DNA of 64,000 nt. It comes from Schizochytrium sp. TIO01 (lineage: Eukaryota > Protista > Bigyra: Labyrinthulomycetes). The DNA is taken from NCBI GenBank assembly GCA_004764695.1, contig SMSO01000033.1:186001-250000 (forward strand). Reading direction: 5' to 3'. Below are positions 11,273 to 24,100 of the stretch, piece after piece (position 1 is the first letter of the stretch; the number at the start of each line of letters is the position of its first letter). Below the pieces are notes generated by a model. That model was not told the origin of the DNA and searched no databases. It worked only from the letters and a program-made list of their open reading frames with translations. The position numbers and the translations under genes are program-made.

Positions 11273-13356
11273 GGTCCAACTTGAAGCCAAATCTGATCTT
11301 GAGATCAAGTTGAGTTGTCGGTAATCTCAGTCACCTGTAATAAGTCGCGGGCTGATTTGGCGGTATAGAGATCTATCGAGGCTTCGGGACGAAATTGAGA
11401 ATGGTAGAATGAGCTTTTCACTTTCACTTTCAGAGCCCTCCCTCCGTGGTCGCACTTTTAGGGAAGCTGTTCTCTTCTTCTCTTTGTTCTTTCTCTCTCC
11501 CTCCATCTTTGTTGCCCATCTTTCTTTAGCTACTCGGTTCCAGTGTACCTTTTAGAGGCGGCATCGCAGTTTCTTAGTTCATCCCTCCATCCATTCCTTC
11601 CTTATTCATTCATTCATTCATTCAGTTCATTCATGTGCGCGTTCTCTCGAAAGAATGAATGGCTGCTCCAAACGAGCAATTTCTTCCTGCAGCCGCGACG
11701 TGCAACTTGAAACTTTGAAGGCCAAGTTCGCTTAGAGCTTTCTGTTTTCAGCCTCCCTCCACTCAGTAAGATTTGTCAGGTCTCCTAAGAAGGATTCCTA
11801 AAGGGTCAGGCAGGCAGAGACGAGCTCTTCTGCACTGCCCACTGGAGGACCGTGCCGTAGAAGGCTGCTACTTTTCACATTGCGATTCACATTACTGTTC
11901 ACATCATTGATGTGAAAGGTAGTAGTAACGCAAGAGAGGTTTTCAACTTTACACTTTACATACATTTTGTTAAAAGAAATTATTATTATATATATGCAAG
12001 TTGAGTGCGATCTTTTGTCTTCAGTAGAAATTAAGAATAAAAAGGGTGATGAAGGAAAGGGATGGACAATGAAGACTTGCACCGAGGCTGTAATTTCATG
12101 GCGCTCGTGACGAACACTTGTCTACTTCCGCTCCCACGTGCTAGGCTGTGGTAGGTACGGCATGCTGACGCGAACTGCTAGCAAACTTAAGATCGGTTGG
12201 CCACCATGGCCTTAACGCGCGCCATCTTTATTTTTTTTATTTTTTTCGCACGTACCTTTTGGACAAACAAGTTTTCAAGATGGAGGCACCCACAGTAGTG
12301 TGCCACTACCATTGCTGAGACCTATGTTAGGACCAAGGTAGTGGTTAGTACTTCTTTATGCTCTCACGTGTCCCCTCCCTGAGCCGCCACCGCCTTCTGA
12401 ATCATCCATCTATTAGCACTGCTGACATGAACCAGAGCCATTGATCAGAGCCAATCGATCAGAAGTTTTACGCCTGGTTCGAAGAATGACTAAATTTTAG
12501 GCGCGGATCTAACAATGAGAGTGTAAGCAGAAAAAGTACACGGGACAGTGTGCTATAATAGTTCTGTTTTCATCTTTTCATTTTTTATATTTTTTTAATT
12601 AACAAATAGGATCTCTTGGTCAAAGCGATGATTCGATTGGTATGAACATGAATCTTTAAAGCGAGATGAACAAGGCGATAAATCATATAATTACTTGAGT
12701 TCCACTAGAGCTTACGAAAAGCAGTCTCTCCCACTTGATAATCAGAGACGTGCACAGGCATTTGAATCGTTTGCGCTCGACGAGGGAGTTTGTGCCAAGC
12801 ACTTTTGCGAAATGTTTTTTTAATATGGGGACGCTGGCTGGGCAGGGAACAACAAGATACAAAACCAATGTCAGAGACCAGGGAAGAGAGAGATAGAACG
12901 AAGCCTAGTAAAATTCCGTGCTCCTGAAGTTGGACGTTCCATATATGAATCTATTGTAGGACCACCCTTAAAAATAAAAAAAAGACATGATCAAAAACTG
13001 TTTCTCAATGTTCTAGTACTAATTTACTTGCAAGCTGTTCCAATGAAAAAAAAAAATGGAGGAATGGACATAACCTTGTTGTCTCCTCAGAGTCAGTGCA
13101 TAGTCTTCGTTTCCAAAGTGATCTTTATGTACTCCTTTAGCATTTTGTACATTAAAAAACAAAACTTAGCTTGTTACAAAAATCTACATTACATCAGAAA
13201 TAAGCAGAGTCGGCAATTAAGAAAGGGAAGGTAGCAAGTGAAAGTCTTGACTGTAAATCCAAAACTTCAATCCCTTGGACCTTGGTCCTCAATCAGACCC
13301 CTTTGGAAATAAGTACTTAATTCACCAAGCGTCAAAGCTTGTGTAGACGTGGTAAC

Positions 13357-16300
13357 ATGATGTTGGCGTCTGCGAGACTTTTGGGTCTTGTAGTAATCAC
13401 GTTTGCTACTCTGGGTAAAGAAGGCTTGCATGTTACTGCACAGCGATCTGACTCGTGTGTAGCAGGGGATAATTTAGTGGTGCTACCAGCAAGTTCCTTT
13501 TGTTCGTCAGAATCACAGAGCTCTGGAACTGAAGCGTCTGTATCCTCTTCCTCTGCAACAACTTCTGAAGCATGCTGTGGTGATCTCAGTGCTGCTACAA
13601 GAACTGATCTACGTTTGTTACAGGACAGCTCTAGCTCTAGCAGTCAATGTCGTAGCATTTCCTTCAGTAGAGGCTTTTGTCCGGAAGATGCTAACTGTGA
13701 TGTAACAGAGACAGAGTTGTATATTGATGTGACATTTAATGCTCAAGACAGCTCGTGTTGCTCTACCTGTCAATGTTGGGGTGATCCTTATTGTGTGGAT
13801 TTCACTGGTCAACGTGACGAGTGGGTGATCTGTGATTCTCGCGACAAGGATACGTGTAATCAGCAGAAAGCTCGCTGTAATACTGAAACATTTGATCACA
13901 ACGGAGAGCAGTGCGAATTCGTCAAAACGTCTAAGCTTCCAGGCGTCTCTGGTAAGGCTTGGCGTGGATGGGAAATTGATGGTAGCCCATGCCAATCTGT
14001 TTCGCTTTGGACTGGTGACACCAGCAAACCTGCCCCGCGAATGATCATGTATTCTCGAAACGGGTTTACCGTCAACCTCATTCTTGGAGAGCGTGGTGTC
14101 ATTACGGATACTGAGATCGTGGATGAAAATAACAAGGTGAACTATACAATCAATGCTGCGGAGTGTCTTGCCTCAAAAAAGGCATCCGTATGGACTGTTG
14201 AGGGTGCAGATGAAATCCCGTCTACATGGACTGTCTCTTCACCAACAAAATATCAGGTACAATGGCAGATCGTATCCCCAGATGAACGTGTATTTCTCAA
14301 TGTAACTTGTGTAAAGCTTTACCAACGCGCACGTCAAGACGTTACGCTAGTTGATGCACAAGAAACAGCTTCGTCAGATGACATCAGTGGCTATTGCCCT
14401 TCTGGTGTGATCTCTGAGCGAGTTGAGGCCGAGGCCAACGGCCAGAAAAATACGCTTAATCGCACGCATAGCTCCCATTGTATCACTGAAGAAATTGGAA
14501 ACTGTGGTGCGGCATGCAAATCATTCATATCTCAAGACTGCCTTACAGAGTATAATTTGGACAGTTATGTCCAATACTGGTGTTCAACGACTGATTTCAG
14601 CATGCTGGAAACCCCACTTACTGCTTCAGCATGCTACAAAAAAATTATGACAGCAAAAAACAATGAAAATTGTGATGCCGCAACGTGGGCGGAAATCATT
14701 TGTTCAATTGATGCTGCACTAGTGGGCACAGATACATACTATGAGAAGTGCCTTTCCACAATCTCAGAGTTTGGGTTTTACCAGTACTATGATGAGCGCC
14801 TTGCAGAGACAAGCCTTGGTCAGTACCTCCCCACAGCTCCTTACGAAGCCACTTCTTGTGGTTCAACTCCTGCAGACTATGATGTACAAACCTCTGACTG
14901 TGAAAGAGGTGCTGCAGTTCAATATTATGACTCAGATACTGAGACGTGGATCGAGGCATTCTTCATCCCGGAATCTAAGCCACCTTGTAGCGGAGGTATC
15001 CATGTTCAGGGCAGCGACTTCCCCCAACTTCTTCAAAACCCCCTCCGTATTTCTCAGTGCTCTGTGATGGAGGCCAAGTGTCAGATTGTAAACAAATGCC
15101 AGCCGGTGTCCGGTTTCGACTTACTACTTAACTTTGCGGCCAGCGCAGCAGCCTGCATCGTTGTTGATAGACCGACCTCTTCTCCAACCGTTTCTCCAAC
15201 CACGTTGGCTCCAGTTGTAGCACCAACCTCGTGCTACACATTAAAATATAAATACACCGGCACTCCAAATAAAATTTACAATGGTGTTTCAGCTGCAGAA
15301 GAGTGTCATTCTCTCTGCCAAAGTGAAGCTGACTTTGATTGTGCTGTATGGTCATGGTTGAAGAAGGGCAAAAAACAATGCTATTTGTGGAAAAGTAGCG
15401 ACAAAACCCTCACAAAGAGCAACAACTGGGTATCAGGACCTGCAGAGTGCCCAACAGATGCACCGACATTAGCAACTTGCTATAGCATTGATACTCTTTA
15501 CAATGGAAAGAAAGCGAAACCTGCCTCTAAAAAGGCTGCGGATTCCAGTGAATGCCAGAGCCTATGTGCAAACCTCTCGCAATGCAAATTTTGGACTTAT
15601 TTTGGCAAACAGAGCAAGTGTCTATTTTTCAAGTCTGTGACAAAGGAGGTATCAAAACCATCTCGCTTCGGTTATATCTCTGGCCCCAAAGGTTGCGTAG
15701 TCCCGGTTCAATCTACTCCTCAACCGACGCCTCAGCCCGCTGATACTGAAAATCAGACACCTGCACCAACACCAACACCCACTATGGAGCCTACAAATAA
15801 GCCCACAAAACGGACGCCGACAAAGAAGCCAACTTCTCAACCTACGCCGGAGCCGACAAAGATGCCCACTCCTCAACCTACGCCAAAGCCAACTCCTCAA
15901 CCTACGCCGGAACCGACAAAGGAACCTACTCCTCAGCCTACGCCAAAGCCCACAAAGGAACCCACGAAGGAACCTACAAATAAGCCCACTCCTCAGCCTA
16001 CGCCTAAGCCGACCAAGGAGCCTACGGAGGAGCCAACAAATAAGCCAACTCCTCAGCCTACGCCTAAGCCGACCAAGGAACCTACGGAGGAGCCTACAAA
16101 CAAGCCCACTCCTCAACCTACACCAAAGCCCACAAAAGAACCCACGGAGGAGCCTACAAACAAGCCCACTCCTCAACCTACGCCAAAGCCCACAAAAGAA
16201 CCCACGGAGGAGCCTACAAACAAGCCCACTCCTCAGCCTACGCCAAAGCCGACTAAGGAACCTACAGAAGAGCCAACAAACAAGCCCACTCCTCAACCAA

Positions 16301-18366
16301 CGCCTAAGCCCACAAAGGAACCCACGGAGGAGCCTACAAATAAGCCAACTCCTCAGCCTACGCCTAAGCCGACCAAGGAACCTACGGAGGAGCCTACAAA
16401 CAAGCCCACTCCTCAACCTACGCCAAAGCCCACAAAGGAACCCACGGAGGAGCCTACAAATAAGCCAACTCCTCAGCCTACGCCTAAGCCGACCAAGGAA
16501 CCTACGGAGGAGCCTACAAACAAGCCCACCCCTCAGCCTACGCCAAAGCCGACCAAGGAACCCACGGAGGAGCCTACAAATAAGCCCACTCCTCAACCAA
16601 CGCCAAAGCCCACAAAAGAACCCACGGAGGAGCCTACAAATAAGCCAACTCCTCAGCCAACGCCGAAGCCGACCAAGGAACCTACGGAGGAGCCTACAAA
16701 CAAGCCCACTCCTCAGCCTACGCCAAAGCCCACAAAGGAACCTACGGAGGAGCCTACAAACAAGCCCACTCCTCAGCCTACGCCTAAGCCGACCAAGGAA
16801 CCTACGGAGGAGCCTACAAACAAGCCCACTCCTCAACCTACGCCACAGCCCGTTGATACTGAAAATCAGACACCTGCACCTACGCCAAAGCCGACCAAGG
16901 AGCCTACGGAGGAGCCTACAAATAAGCCCACTCCTCAACCTACGCCAAAGCCCACAAAGGAACCTACGGAGGAGCCTACAAATAAGCCAACTCCTCAGCC
17001 TACGCCGAAGCCGACCAAGGAACCTACGGAGGAGCCTACAAACAAGCCCACTCCTCAACCTACGCCAAAGCCCACAAAAGAACCCACGGAGGAGCCTACA
17101 AATAAGCCAACTCCTCAACCTACGCCAAAGCCCACAAAGGAACCCACCGAGGAGCCTACAAATAAGCCAACTCCTCAGCCTACGCCAAAGCCGACCAAGG
17201 AACCTACGGAGAAGCCTACAAAAACGCCCACCCCTCAGCCTACGCCTAAGCCGACCAAGGAACCTACGGAGGAGCCAACAAAGAAGCCCACTCCTCAACC
17301 TACGCCAAAGCCCACAAAGGAACCCACGGAGGAGCCTACAAAGAAGCCAACTCCCAAGCCAACGCCGAAGCCAACCCCCAAGCCAACGCCGAAGCCGACT
17401 AAGGAACCTACGGAGGAGCCTACAAAGAAGCCAACTCCCAAGCCAACGCCAAAGCCGACGCCCAAGCCAACTCCCAAGCCAACGCCTAAGCCGACCAAGG
17501 AACCTACGGAGGAGCCTACAAAGAAGCCAACGCCAAAGCCAACGCCAAAGCCAACTCCCAAGCCAACGCCTAAGCCGACCAAGGAGCCTACGGAGGAGCC
17601 TACAAAGAAGCCAACTCCCAAGCCAACGGCGAAGCCGACGCCCAAGCCAACTCCCAAGCCAACGCCGAAGCCGACTAAGGAACCTACGGAGGAGCCTACA
17701 AAGAAGCCAACTCCCAAGCCAACGCCAAAGCCGACGCCCAAGCCAACTCCCAAGCCAACGCCTAAGCCGACCAAGGAGCCTACGGAGGAGCCTACAAAGA
17801 AGCCAACTCCCAAGCCAACGCCAAAGCCGACGCCCAAGCCAACGCCCAAGCCAACTCCCAAGCCAACGCCTAAGCCGACCAAGGAGCCTACGGAGGAGCC
17901 TACAAAGAAGCCAACGCCAAAGCCAACGCCAAAGCCAACTCCCAAGCCAACGCCTAAGCCGACCAAGGAGCCTACGGAGGAGCCTACAAAGAAGCCAACT
18001 CCCAAGCCAACGCCGAAGCCGACGCCCAAGCCAACTCCCAAGCCAACGCCGAAGCCGACTAAGGAACCTACGGAGGAGCCTACAAAGAAGCCAACTTCCA
18101 AGCCAACGCCAAAGCCGACGCCCAAGCCAACTCCCAAGCCAACGCCTAAGCCGACCAAGGAGCCTACGGAGGAGCCTACAAAGAAGCCAACTCCCAAGCC
18201 AACGCCAAAGCCGACGCCCAAGCCAACGCCCAAGCCAACTCCCAAGCCAACGCCTAAGCCGACCAAGGAGCCTACGGAGGAGCCTACAAAGAAGCCAACT
18301 CCCAAGCCAACGCCAAAGCCGACCAAGGAACCTACGGAGGAGCCTACAAAAAAGCATAGTGAGTAG
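13357..18366 (+). CDS. Giant secreted mucin-like protein A: signal peptide, Cys-rich VWD/C8-like head, 2 PAN/Apple-like domains, Lys/Glu-rich Pro-Thr repeat tail
   Basis: First ATG at 13357 ([20 protein letters not shown], signal-peptide-like). [17 protein letters not shown] motif. PAN-like C-x3-C...C-x-x-W-(S/T)...C domains at ~15232-15450 and ~15478-15696. PT repeats run to the C-terminus; no TM helix or GPI signal. Confidence 0.88.
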   Translation: MMLASARLLGLVVITFATLGKEGLHVTAQRSDSCVAGDNLVVLPASSFCSSESQSSGTEASVSSSSATTSEACCGDLSAATRTDLRLLQDSSSSSSQCRSISFSRGFCPEDANCDVTETELYIDVTFNAQDSSCCSTCQCWGDPYCVDFTGQRDEWVICDSRDKDTCNQQKARCNTETFDHNGEQCEFVKTSKLPGVSGKAWRGWEIDGSPCQSVSLWTGDTSKPAPRMIMYSRNGFTVNLILGERGVITDTEIVDENNKVNYTINAAECLASKKASVWTVEGADEIPSTWTVSSPTKYQVQWQIVSPDERVFLNVTCVKLYQRARQDVTLVDAQETASSDDISGYCPSGVISERVEAEANGQKNTLNRTHSSHCITEEIGNCGAACKSFISQDCLTEYNLDSYVQYWCSTTDFSMLETPLTASACYKKIMTAKNNENCDAATWAEIICSIDAALVGTDTYYEKCLSTISEFGFYQYYDERLAETSLGQYLPTAPYEATSCGSTPADYDVQTSDCERGAAVQYYDSDTETWIEAFFIPESKPPCSGGIHVQGSDFPQLLQNPLRISQCSVMEAKCQIVNKCQPVSGFDLLLNFAASAAACIVVDRPTSSPTVSPTTLAPVVAPTSCYTLKYKYTGTPNKIYNGVSAAEECHSLCQSEADFDCAVWSWLKKGKKQCYLWKSSDKTLTKSNNWVSGPAECPTDAPTLATCYSIDTLYNGKKAKPASKKAADSSECQSLCANLSQCKFWTYFGKQSKCLFFKSVTKEVSKPSRFGYISGPKGCVVPVQSTPQPTPQPADTENQTPAPTPTPTMEPTNKPTKRTPTKKPTSQPTPEPTKMPTPQPTPKPTPQPTPEPTKEPTPQPTPKPTKEPTKEPTNKPTPQPTPKPTKEPTEEPTNKPTPQPTPKPTKEPTEEPTNKPTPQPTPKPTKEPTEEPTNKPTPQPTPKPTKEPTEEPTNKPTPQPTPKPTKEPTEEPTNKPTPQPTPKPTKEPTEEPTNKPTPQPTPKPTKEPTEEPTNKPTPQPTPKPTKEPTEEPTNKPTPQPTPKPTKEPTEEPTNKPTPQPTPKPTKEPTEEPTNKPTPQPTPKPTKEPTEEPTNKPTPQPTPKPTKEPTEEPTNKPTPQPTPKPTKEPTEEPTNKPTPQPTPKPTKEPTEEPTNKPTPQPTPQPVDTENQTPAPTPKPTKEPTEEPTNKPTPQPTPKPTKEPTEEPTNKPTPQPTPKPTKEPTEEPTNKPTPQPTPKPTKEPTEEPTNKPTPQPTPKPTKEPTEEPTNKPTPQPTPKPTKEPTEKPTKTPTPQPTPKPTKEPTEEPTKKPTPQPTPKPTKEPTEEPTKKPTPKPTPKPTPKPTPKPTKEPTEEPTKKPTPKPTPKPTPKPTPKPTPKPTKEPTEEPTKKPTPKPTPKPTPKPTPKPTKEPTEEPTKKPTPKPTAKPTPKPTPKPTPKPTKEPTEEPTKKPTPKPTPKPTPKPTPKPTPKPTKEPTEEPTKKPTPKPTPKPTPKPTPKPTPKPTPKPTKEPTEEPTKKPTPKPTPKPTPKPTPKPTKEPTEEPTKKPTPKPTPKPTPKPTPKPTPKPTKEPTEEPTKKPTSKPTPKPTPKPTPKPTPKPTKEPTEEPTKKPTPKPTPKPTPKPTPKPTPKPTPKPTKEPTEEPTKKPTPKPTPKPTKEPTEEPTKKHSE
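15715..18351 (+). repeat. Coding tandem repeat: 60-bp ([20 protein letters not shown]) units grading into (PTPK)[13 protein letters not shown] units
   Basis: The 60-nt sequence lines from ~16021 to 16800 are near copies of one another; underlying 12-bp P-T-x-x periodicity. Confidence 0.97.
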
Positions 18367-19919
18367 CTGAGGAGGAAGCCATCAGAGCCAGCTGGTATTG
18401 TGGATTAAACTCGAACCTTCACTTTAACGAGGTTATCAACCTATCTAAACTGTCACCTCTACTATTTCATCACGACAAGCACGAGCTGTCAAACGCAAAA
18501 GTCAAGGTCAGTGGAGCTGTTTGGGCTATCCATGAAGACTCGGTAGAAAAGACATGAACACACGGGTAACGGCTGTAATCTCTCCATCCCTAATTATAAT
18601 ATAAAGGATTTGATCATATGTTCCTTTCAGTTTTCGATACATTACTTTTTGTGCATTCGGTTGTTGCGTAGGCTATCATAGTCAGTGAGACAACTAGTAG
18701 GCTTATGTCAAATCAAGAAAAAGATTTCAAGCAAGATGAAGTTTGCTGAGATCTCAATCCAAGGAACTAGTTGACAAAACACTGCTAAAACTCCGGGCAT
18801 CCCTTTTAAAAGACCCCATGAACATAGGGCTTGCAATAGAGCAGAGATAGATAACCAACCCTACGTGGCTAAGAGCCAAGAACCAAAAGTGCGATTCGAC
18901 ATACCTAGAGCCAAGTATGATGTAGCTCAAGCTTATGGCTGAAGACGTTGAGTTAATGCAACCCCGTCAGTTTCATTTAATACAGTTAAAGATTGTCTTA
19001 GCCTCCAAATTATTACATGAGTCTTTGAATTCACTTCACAAGGACAGTAGTTTGTAACTCTTAAAATCAACCATCGTAATCCCTTCATCTTCATTTTCAA
19101 CTTCCAGCTGCCCAGGTTCATCCTTGAGCAATGTTTAATTTTTTGTCATTACCTGCAGCATTTGTTATGGGAGCAAAACTTGGACCAAGTTTTGTGTAAA
19201 TAAAGGTATTTAAAGGGTGAATAGCTTCAACATCTTCAAGAATGCCATGTTTGTCTAGATAACCCTTGATGAAAGCAAACTATCTCCACTTACAACCATT
19301 GCTTGGAAAATGATTACTGACGGCATCATTCTCAATTCCCCTGGGGAAACAAAGCGTCGTCGGTTAACTCCGGCACTGTTCCTTCCAAAGACCCTCTAAT
19401 TTCATACCAGGGGCTACAAAACCATTACAGGGATTGACTTGATTTGATGAGGCTTCAGAACTACACATCAAGCTAATGGGTTTTGACCATGCAATAAATG
19501 CGCAATCATTTTTCTAAATAATCTTGGCAAACCTGGCCAGCTCCTTCTTCAGCCAACACAAAGTTGTTACCTACAACTAGTTATCAAGATGTTCGTTACG
19601 ACGGTTGCCTATTCCATTTAATTACTCTTTTAGCAAATTTTAGTCCTGTCCTGAAGACCAACTGAGGTGCTTTTACTGGATGGTTCGCTTTTATGAAATT
19701 AATTGGTTTCTGATTGAGAAGCGACTTGACTTTGACAAAAATGTAATAATAGGCCCAACGTAAACAAACGATTAAAGAAATTAAAATACAGGTCAAACGA
19801 AGCGTTTTACGCTTCAACGGGGCTGAAACTCTGCCGGGTATTGCTCTCGCTCCTTGTATCTGTAGCCCTGCGGCCTCGTGCATGGGCGATCAAGCGTTGC
19901 CATAAACAGTTGTACAGTC

Positions 19920-20095
19920 CTTATCAGGCTCCATGCCATAAGCAATGAGTATCCTGCGAAAAGGTATGCAACGTCTACTGCCATAATCTGAACCCTTGAG
20001 ATGCAAACTTATCAGGCTCCATGCCATAAGCCATGAATATCCTGCGAAAAGGTATGCAACGTCTTCTGCCATAATCTGAACCCTTGAGATGCAAA
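19920..20095. repeat. Intergenic tandem duplication, 2 x 88 bp
   Basis: CTTATCAGGCTCCATGCCATAAGC...CCCTTGAGATGCAAA starts at 19920 and 20008, with about 3 mismatches. Confidence 0.95.
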
Positions 20096-21122
20096 TTGGT
20101 ACTTCTATGTCATTCAAGACATTCTCCTTGTGAGACATACAACGGCAAGGTGCTCTGGATGAGTATCCTATGGCAATAAAAGTTGTTATTCAAGGAGGCC
20201 TTTTCATATCTGTCCTCTTACTCTTGTCCGTGTTTATCCAAACAAGTTAGCTCTCCAAACAATCAAGACTGAAGACTCAACCCAATAATGTGATCAAAGT
20301 GTCTAGGAAAAGCAGCTGAAGGTCGCCACCTGCAATGCATATTTTGAAGCTTATTTTCATGCCCTTCCCACTTTGACGCTTCAGTTGAAGTTTTCAGAAA
20401 GGAATCGCTGTATAGCATAGGGGCTTTTCATAATGTTAATCTTGAATACTTAGTGCCTTCCAATTCTAATAGGCTAGTTCCCCTTTCGTTTCAGTCCACT
20501 TTAATATGCTCGTAGCAGGCGCTGTTCTACAGGGACAAATTGTCGACTTGGGCTGACTCACCAGTGTGCCAACCCGGGGTTTCGATGGCTGGCTGGCTAC
20601 TTGTACTATATTCTGGGAGACACTCTCTAAGATTGGTTTCGACAATACGATGCTACACGAGGAATGGATATTAAAGTCAGAGGAACAGCTTATCAGGCTA
20701 CGAGCCGCAGAGTTCGCACGGAGGTAGTCTAATGTTTTAAAAAGCCAGGAGAACTTTGAACTTCAAGAGCAAAAGCGTTAAACGCATGCGGAGAAAAAAA
20801 GAAAAAGAAAAAAGACTCTGGTTGGTTAGAAGCTTTGTGCAATTTCTTCACCTCTAATTCGCCGCGGCGCCTACAAGTTAATATTGATCGTTACCAACCT
20901 CTCTACGCGGTAAAGGAACCTGTCCCAGAATGTACAATACTTCTGCTGGGTAAGAACCGAGATAACTTTGAAATCAAAGCTTCTGCACTCGTGTCCCTTC
21001 GTCAAGAGAGCACCTAGGTAGAACTACTTAGGTAAGTGTCATCGTACAATTCTATGAAAATAGAAAAGCATGCCTTTCTTTTCATTTTCTCAAGCATTAC
21101 TACTAGGTAGTCTGTTTTTATT

Positions 21123-21183
21123 CTATAAAGTTTCTGTGGTATGTACACCTACCTATAAAGTTTCTGTGGTATGTACACCTACC
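21123..21183. repeat. Intergenic tandem duplication, 2 x 30 bp
   Basis: CTATAAAGTTTCTGTGGTATGTACACCTAC twice, exact. Confidence 0.95.
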
Positions 21184-24100
21184 GCTTCTGTGTACTTCTT
21201 ATCATATGAATTTTGCTGCTTCCAGTTTCGGGTTGTGTATGATCGCAGTTTTCTCCGAAGCGTGTGCTCGTGTTGCAAAGTCTTAGGAGGTTTAACTTTC
21301 CCCAATTTTTTAAACTAAAGTAAGAGCTCTCCACTCGCAGTACCCAGGCAATTAGGTAGTTAGTGCTCGGCCAAAATGAAAAGAAGGAAGCAGATCGGGG
21401 GTGCAAATTCCTTTTTATGTTGCATGGGCCTCCAAGTGCGCCAGACAGTGAATGAATACAAACCCTGGCTGCTTGCTTGCCCGCAGTAATAGAGTTATAG
21501 GTTCTTATCCACAGGTTCCTCTATCTCAATGTGCTCATGCACTCATAGACACTATGGGTCATGCTGGCGCCACCACCACTCTTCGGCATCTTCTCTAAGA
21601 AAACTGGCAGGCAGCCATGCCTTCTACGATAAACCAATCAGAGTACCCTTCATTTCCATTTATCCTAAATTATGACGATCATCACACATCATACTAGAAG
21701 TAGTACCTAGGCAGGTGTTCTTTTATTTTGTTTCTTCTATATAGAGGAGGAAACAAAATAGAAGACACGTCGCTATTTCCCCAAGTAGTTTCCATGCGGT
21801 GCGAATCGTGCAATCATTCAAGTGAAGAGTCAAAGTTAGTGTGCATGAATAGATAAAACCTGCAGACCCTCAAGTTCGCTGAATTCAAGTTTGAACTTTG
21901 CGCAGATGGGGAGCAGCTTAAAGTCTCGACGGGACGCGCGACTTTTGATAATTCTGAAGAAGCCTGGTCTTTTTGGCTCGCTTGGTCGGTACGCCTTTGA
22001 GAGAAAATAAAGGAGGAGAGAAGAATAGAGAGGCATTATTTTCCAGGTCTGGGTTTGAAGGAGCAGAGTGCTCTTTCTTTCTACTGTTAGCTTCTGTAAT
22101 CTTTGCATGATGATGCGGTCTGGACCGCAGTAATTTCATGCAGTATAGCATAAAAGCCATACAGGCTTTTTTAAAAGCCCAATGAAGGAGTGGAAGACAT
22201 TTCAGTCATTCCACGAGAGGCCCTTAAATCATTGGTTTTCTGCAAAAGTAAGGTTCTCCGAAATCCCCCACCGCGTTAAAGAAAGAATGAACGCCTTTCA
22301 TCTATGCTATTTGTCATACAACAACTCATCTTCAAGATTATTCCAAAAAGAAAAATGTAAGCTGCAAGGGCCCTACATTTGATATTCTGAGTCAAGGTGT
22401 AATGATTTTCCTTTTTAATAAAAAATATTAAACATGAACACTAGGTAGTGATTGTGGGTTTTACAGTGTTTTAAACAATTTATTACGTACTTGGCCACAG
22501 ATCCTGAGTTCTAGCAAGACATGGGCTACAATCAAATCACACTTCACGTTGCACTTTGCAGAGAATGCGACATACACCCAAATATCCAAATACAGGACGA
22601 TTTTAGTGATTCGCTATGCAATTGAGTCATAAGCTGCTGCATCATGATGTTTCGTCTCGTGTGTTGAAACCACGAATTAATACTCAAATCAATCACAGCA
22701 CTTTCTTTTTGAAAAGTCTAACAAAAGCAAAAGTCTTTGGCTGTGCCAACTTGCTTCAGCTTACTCCAGGTTCTATGAGCCGGCACATGTTTACGTGATG
22801 GCGAGACGCAAAGAAAAATGATTGTTCCTGCAACACAAGTTTGCTTGCCAGATATATCTTACAGCCATGTTACAATGGCAGTAACATATATGTACAAATT
22901 GGAATGCAGCAATTTGGAACTGGGTGAGACAACTCAAGTGGATGTTGAGATGCTACTACGGTTTGACTTTGAGTACATTAGTATATTTATACTGACTGGT
23001 ACATGTCAATAGCTGCAGTAGTAGCAGGAGGTAGAATAACAAATAAAGATGATTTATTTTGAAATAAAACGCGTTGTCGCTCCACCGTGGCGGTTTCTGC
23101 AGTTTTCAACTTTGATTTCTGACATTATAAAGTTTTTATTTTGAAAACAAAACAAAACAAACTAAAACAAATGCGAATTTGATTTTGCCAGAGTCAGAGA
23201 TTTACCTAAGCTTGTCATCTACCATTCAAATACCAGAGGACACGAAAGTAAATTATGCGGAAACTGCACTCCAGAATCAACATTTGCATTCTTCATAAGC
23301 CGTATAGAGATAGTGTTAAAATTATTATGATTGCATTACTAGTATTTGGGAATTTCGCAAATCAAATTTAATAAAGCGTGCAAGAGCCACATTTTCCTAG
23401 ACTTTAACTTTTACCCAAGAAAAAGGATTGTAAAGAGCAAATTATTTGATTCAAAGTCGCCTGTACACATCTTCTATCTTTTCGGTCAGGCCCGATGGCG
23501 AGGACCCTTGCTGCCGCATAACAGCATGATATCGCATGGGACATAGTCCTATCGGCATTGCATTATGGACAACTTTCGATATGTAATAGTGTAGCCAAGG
23601 TTGGGCTTGGGAGGCCATGCTGCTCCCATCGTCACTTTTCCTCCACCTATCTAGGTGAAGGAAAAAAAGCGACTTGTCCCGATTCCAATTTATTTTCAGT
23701 ATCTCAATTTCCTTTCCCCCCCTTTAAATGGAATATACCAACTTGAAATCCCGAGTATTTCTGCTCCGCACCCTTTTCACCTGCTACAGCAGCAGCAGGT
23801 AGTACCGGCAGACCTTTAGCATACTTCACGCGCAAAGGATCGCCCGACCAACCAACAAAGCACAGCGAACGCGGGACGACTAACTTGAAGCTCGATAGAG
23901 GCTTTATAGCAGACCTAGTCTTCGTCTAATCGAGAGACGAATATGCAAAGTGGTGAGAGATAGATAGAGAGTGAGAGGGAGAAAAGAGCTACAGACTCAC
24001 CGTGTACCAGAATGAATAAAGACAACAAATAAATACACATGGAGAGCACTTGCCCAGGAAGGGGACTTTAAAGGTCGTCCGCATTCTCAGCGGTCGAGAT

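Noticed and set aside
13600-13623. Oomycete RxLR-dEER effector motif reading of the Arg/Leu site
   Set aside because: No dEER segment, and the motif sits inside a Cys-rich extracellular domain of a very large protein; a subtilase processing site fits better.
15950-17340. Regular 60-bp periodicity resembling a CRISPR array
   Set aside because: No unique spacers, in-frame coding repeat with mainly synonymous variation, eukaryotic context and no cas genes.
15652-18370. Long alternative-frame and antisense ORFs (901, 505 and 343 aa) over gene A's repeat
   Set aside because: Shadow ORFs produced by stop-free tandem repeats; they end where the repeat ends.
19174-19194. 10-bp-arm palindrome CAAAACTTGG-A-CCAAGTTTTG
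   Set aside because: Single AT-rich instance, within chance expectation for 64 kb.
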